Positions 54,696 through 56,372 of a stretch of 56,372 bases of DNA are shown piece after piece (positions within the stretch are counted from its first letter, which is position 1; each line of letters begins with the position of its first letter). The DNA is taken from contig JBDHVF010000001.1 of the NCBI GenBank assembly GCA_039809605.1, positions 1-56,372 of the forward strand, read 5' to 3'. The notes beneath the pieces are model-generated. The model saw only the letters and a program-made list of their open reading frames with translations. It did no database searches and was not told the origin of the DNA. The translations under genes were made by a program, and so were the position numbers. This DNA comes from Polyangiales bacterium (lineage in GTDB: Bacteria; Myxococcota_A; Polyangia; Polyangiales; Ga0077539).

Positions 54696-54998
54696 CAAAC
54701 GTCCCGCTGTCCCGAATACCCAGGATGGAGTTACCTCAGTGAGGGTCGTCCTCTATCACATGTCCCCAAATTCCCCCAACACAAGTCTACTACCCCCCAA
54801 GAACATCCTCTGAAACCGTGGTTTTAGGACAATTCCCAGGGGGGACTGCATGGTGACGTGAGGGGGTACCTAGAGATCCCACTCTCCTCCAGGAGGGTAG
54901 GAACCATCAAGAAGACCACTCCAGAGTATGCATGAGACAGCGGGTCAACCACCTGTGAAGCAAGTGTCGACGATGAACAGCAACTTCGACGGTGTGCC
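54696..54998. promoter_or_regulatory. GC-poor non-coding gap, candidate promoter/origin region for the Rep-like gene
   Basis: Hand counts of four 60-nt lines give 50-62 percent GC. CCCCAA-type iterations lie at 54762-54800. Palindromes are CCTCAGTGAGG (54733-54743) and CCTCCAGGAGG (54885-54895). The function is speculative. Confidence 0.3.
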
Positions 54999-56372
54999 AT
55001 GGTGAAGCTCAATCGGGTCTTCCCCAAACAGAAGCTAGCATTCGACGTGAGTTGGACGGTGCTGCGTGTGGCGCCGGATCAGCTCGCGTTCTACTACCAC
55101 ACGGTTCTCGACGACGAGGTCTGGCGGCGGTGTGCGAAGGCCGCGCGTACGGGTGACGCCCTCATCCTCAAGGTCCCGAACAAGCAGGGCAAGGACACGC
55201 AGTACATGCTTCAGGCGGAGGATGCCAACCAAGTAGACCAGGGACGGATCGTCTTCGCGGATGAGGGCGTGAACCTCCGCATCACCGTTCGCCGCGCCCG
55301 TGCCCCCAAGGCCAATGGGCAGCGCGCTCCATATCGCTGCGTCCAGGTCGAGATCAAGGGTGCCCTTCTCAGTCAGCGGGTCACGGGGCGGAGGCTCATC
55401 GAGAAGATCCGCGTCGCCGTGGAGCGGCTCTTCTTCCCGGCCAGGGGCAAGAACCGCAAGGAGCGGCGCAAGGCGCTGGCGCCGCTGACTTACCCTGGAG
55501 ACTTCCACGTCATGTTCGACCTTGCCATCGGTGGCAGGAGCGCCTCACGGTGGCTGGAGATCGTCCTCTTCGCCGAGAGTAACAATGATGAAGCGATGGA
55601 ACACTGGCCTGCGCGTTCGTCAAAGGATGGCACCGTTCGGGGTGCCGAGGAGACCGGCCGCACCCTGATCATCTCGGGCAAGGTCTGTCGGTTCAGCGGT
55701 TACGAGCGCGACAAGACCCTGAGCAAGAAGGACGCCGAGGCGTGGGAGCGATTTCAGAAGCTTTTGTGCAAACTCGGTTGGAACGGGCGCGATCGCCTGC
55801 TCCGTCTGGAGTGGCAGCTCCGCTCGGACTGGCTCGGCACCCAGGTCTTCGTAGGGGCCGATGGGAAGACCCTCCGCGGCCGTGACATGTCCCTCGATGA
55901 CCTGCTCATGCGACTGCCGCTGGTCACGGCGAAGCTCCTGGACCGCTATCGGCACACCGAGCCGGGTGCGACGGGCCGCCGCGACAAGCGCCCGACATCG
56001 CAGTTCTGGCAGACCGTCACCACACAGGCCATGGCGGTGCTGAGTTCCAGGAGCAAGGGCGCCACGCCGGTCGAGCGCATGCAGGCCGAGCGCATCATCG
56101 CGAAGACCGCGACGCGATGGAAGCGCACCGCCCGAGAGGTGTGTCACCTCGTGGAGACAGGCGGGCCAGGCGGCATGCCGATGGACCTCAAGGAGGTGTG
56201 CGAACTGCTGGCTGCACTGGCTGAAGCGGAGCGCCAGGAGCCCGACTATGTGGCGCAGCGTCGCAAGTGGCTCGCCCAGGTGCACCGCACTGACCAGGAC
56301 ACACCGCCCGAGGAGACGACTACCGCGCCCGCACCGCTCGGGACTGCTCCCACCAACGCACTCGACAGGGAA
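54999..56372 (+). CDS. Replication-initiator-like protein (3'-truncated by the window edge)
   Basis: Hand translation from ATG 54999 gives 458 sense codons with no stop to the last base. It is not in the ORF track. GKVCRFSGYERDKTLSKKD...LLRLEWQLRSDWLG resembles the RxYDK...RxExxxR core of rolling-circle Rep proteins. Confidence 0.78.
   Translation, partial: MVKLNRVFPKQKLAFDVSWTVLRVAPDQLAFYYHTVLDDEVWRRCAKAARTGDALILKVPNKQGKDTQYMLQAEDANQVDQGRIVFADEGVNLRITVRRARAPKANGQRAPYRCVQVEIKGALLSQRVTGRRLIEKIRVAVERLFFPARGKNRKERRKALAPLTYPGDFHVMFDLAIGGRSASRWLEIVLFAESNNDEAMEHWPARSSKDGTVRGAEETGRTLIISGKVCRFSGYERDKTLSKKDAEAWERFQKLLCKLGWNGRDRLLRLEWQLRSDWLGTQVFVGADGKTLRGRDMSLDDLLMRLPLVTAKLLDRYRHTEPGATGRRDKRPTSQFWQTVTTQAMAVLSSRSKGATPVERMQAERIIAKTATRWKRTAREVCHLVETGGPGGMPMDLKEVCELLAALAEAERQEPDYVAQRRKWLAQVHRTDQDTPPEETTTAPAPLGTAPTNALDRE

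Larger units (their letters stand above)
49388..56372. mobile_element. Integrative element at the tRNA-Gln 3' end (right end outside the window)
   Basis: The tyrosine integrase gene ends 26 nt from the tRNA. An xis-like gene lies upstream of int, followed by RHH regulator, ParB-like and Rep-like genes. Spot GC counts are 50-65 percent, against above 70 percent in flanking core genes. Confidence 0.75.

Noticed and set aside
52863-54698. 611-aa minus-strand ORF opposite the C-terminal two thirds of the ParB-like gene
   Set aside because: Both strands are open for 1.8 kb, which made me consider an antisense or overlapping gene. However, the plus frame is continuous with the recognisable ParB N-domain. 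It also has G/C-rich third positions and a natural K/E/D/F/Y content. The minus product is R/G/C/L-rich with no motif.
55035-56285. Minus-strand ORFs 55035-55508 and 55620-56285
   Set aside because: They are antisense to the uninterrupted 458-codon plus-strand frame (54999 to the window end), which has the better composition and a Rep-like motif.

Overview
56.4-kb, very GC-rich bacterial chromosomal segment (hand counts of 60-nt lines mostly 65-85 percent GC). The gene content (a Cys-rich protein with a CDGxDNDCDG motif, RCC1 lipoproteins, HemY-type protoporphyrinogen oxidase, many lipoproteins) suggests Myxococcota, but that is inference only. I can support about 45 protein genes, one tRNA and several repeat structures. 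Housekeeping genes: pnp-rpsO, a PpiD-like PPIase whose frame is disrupted near its 3' end, M16 peptidase, trxA, hemE-hemY, menC-menE, thymidine phosphorylase, PhoD, an SDR epimerase, penicillin-acylase-family and FGE-family enzymes, PrsW protease and an Hpt protein. Unusual content: (1) four consecutive, translationally coupled genes, each encoding a duplicated YbjQ/UPF0145 domain (39-3829). (2) A 4.4-kb cassette (a 67-Cys secreted protein plus two RCC1 lipoproteins) bracketed by ~0.93-kb near-identical direct repeats, each encoding a 211-aa unknown protein (24200-30480). (3) Two copies of a composite palindromic element, with 113-118-bp terminal inverted repeats around copy-specific tandem arrays, that exactly fill intergenic gaps (19836-20472 and 35926-36339). 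(4) A 33-nt poly-G tract just after pnp. (5) An integrative element at tRNA-Gln(UUG) that runs off the 3' edge. It carries int, an xis-like gene, an RHH regulator, an 818-aa ParB-like protein and a Rep-like CDS (54999 to beyond 56372). That CDS is absent from the supplied ORF track because it has no stop codon inside the window. Many very long track ORFs are antisense or out-of-frame shadows typical of high-GC DNA and were rejected. All family assignments rest on motif recognition by eye; no database search was possible.
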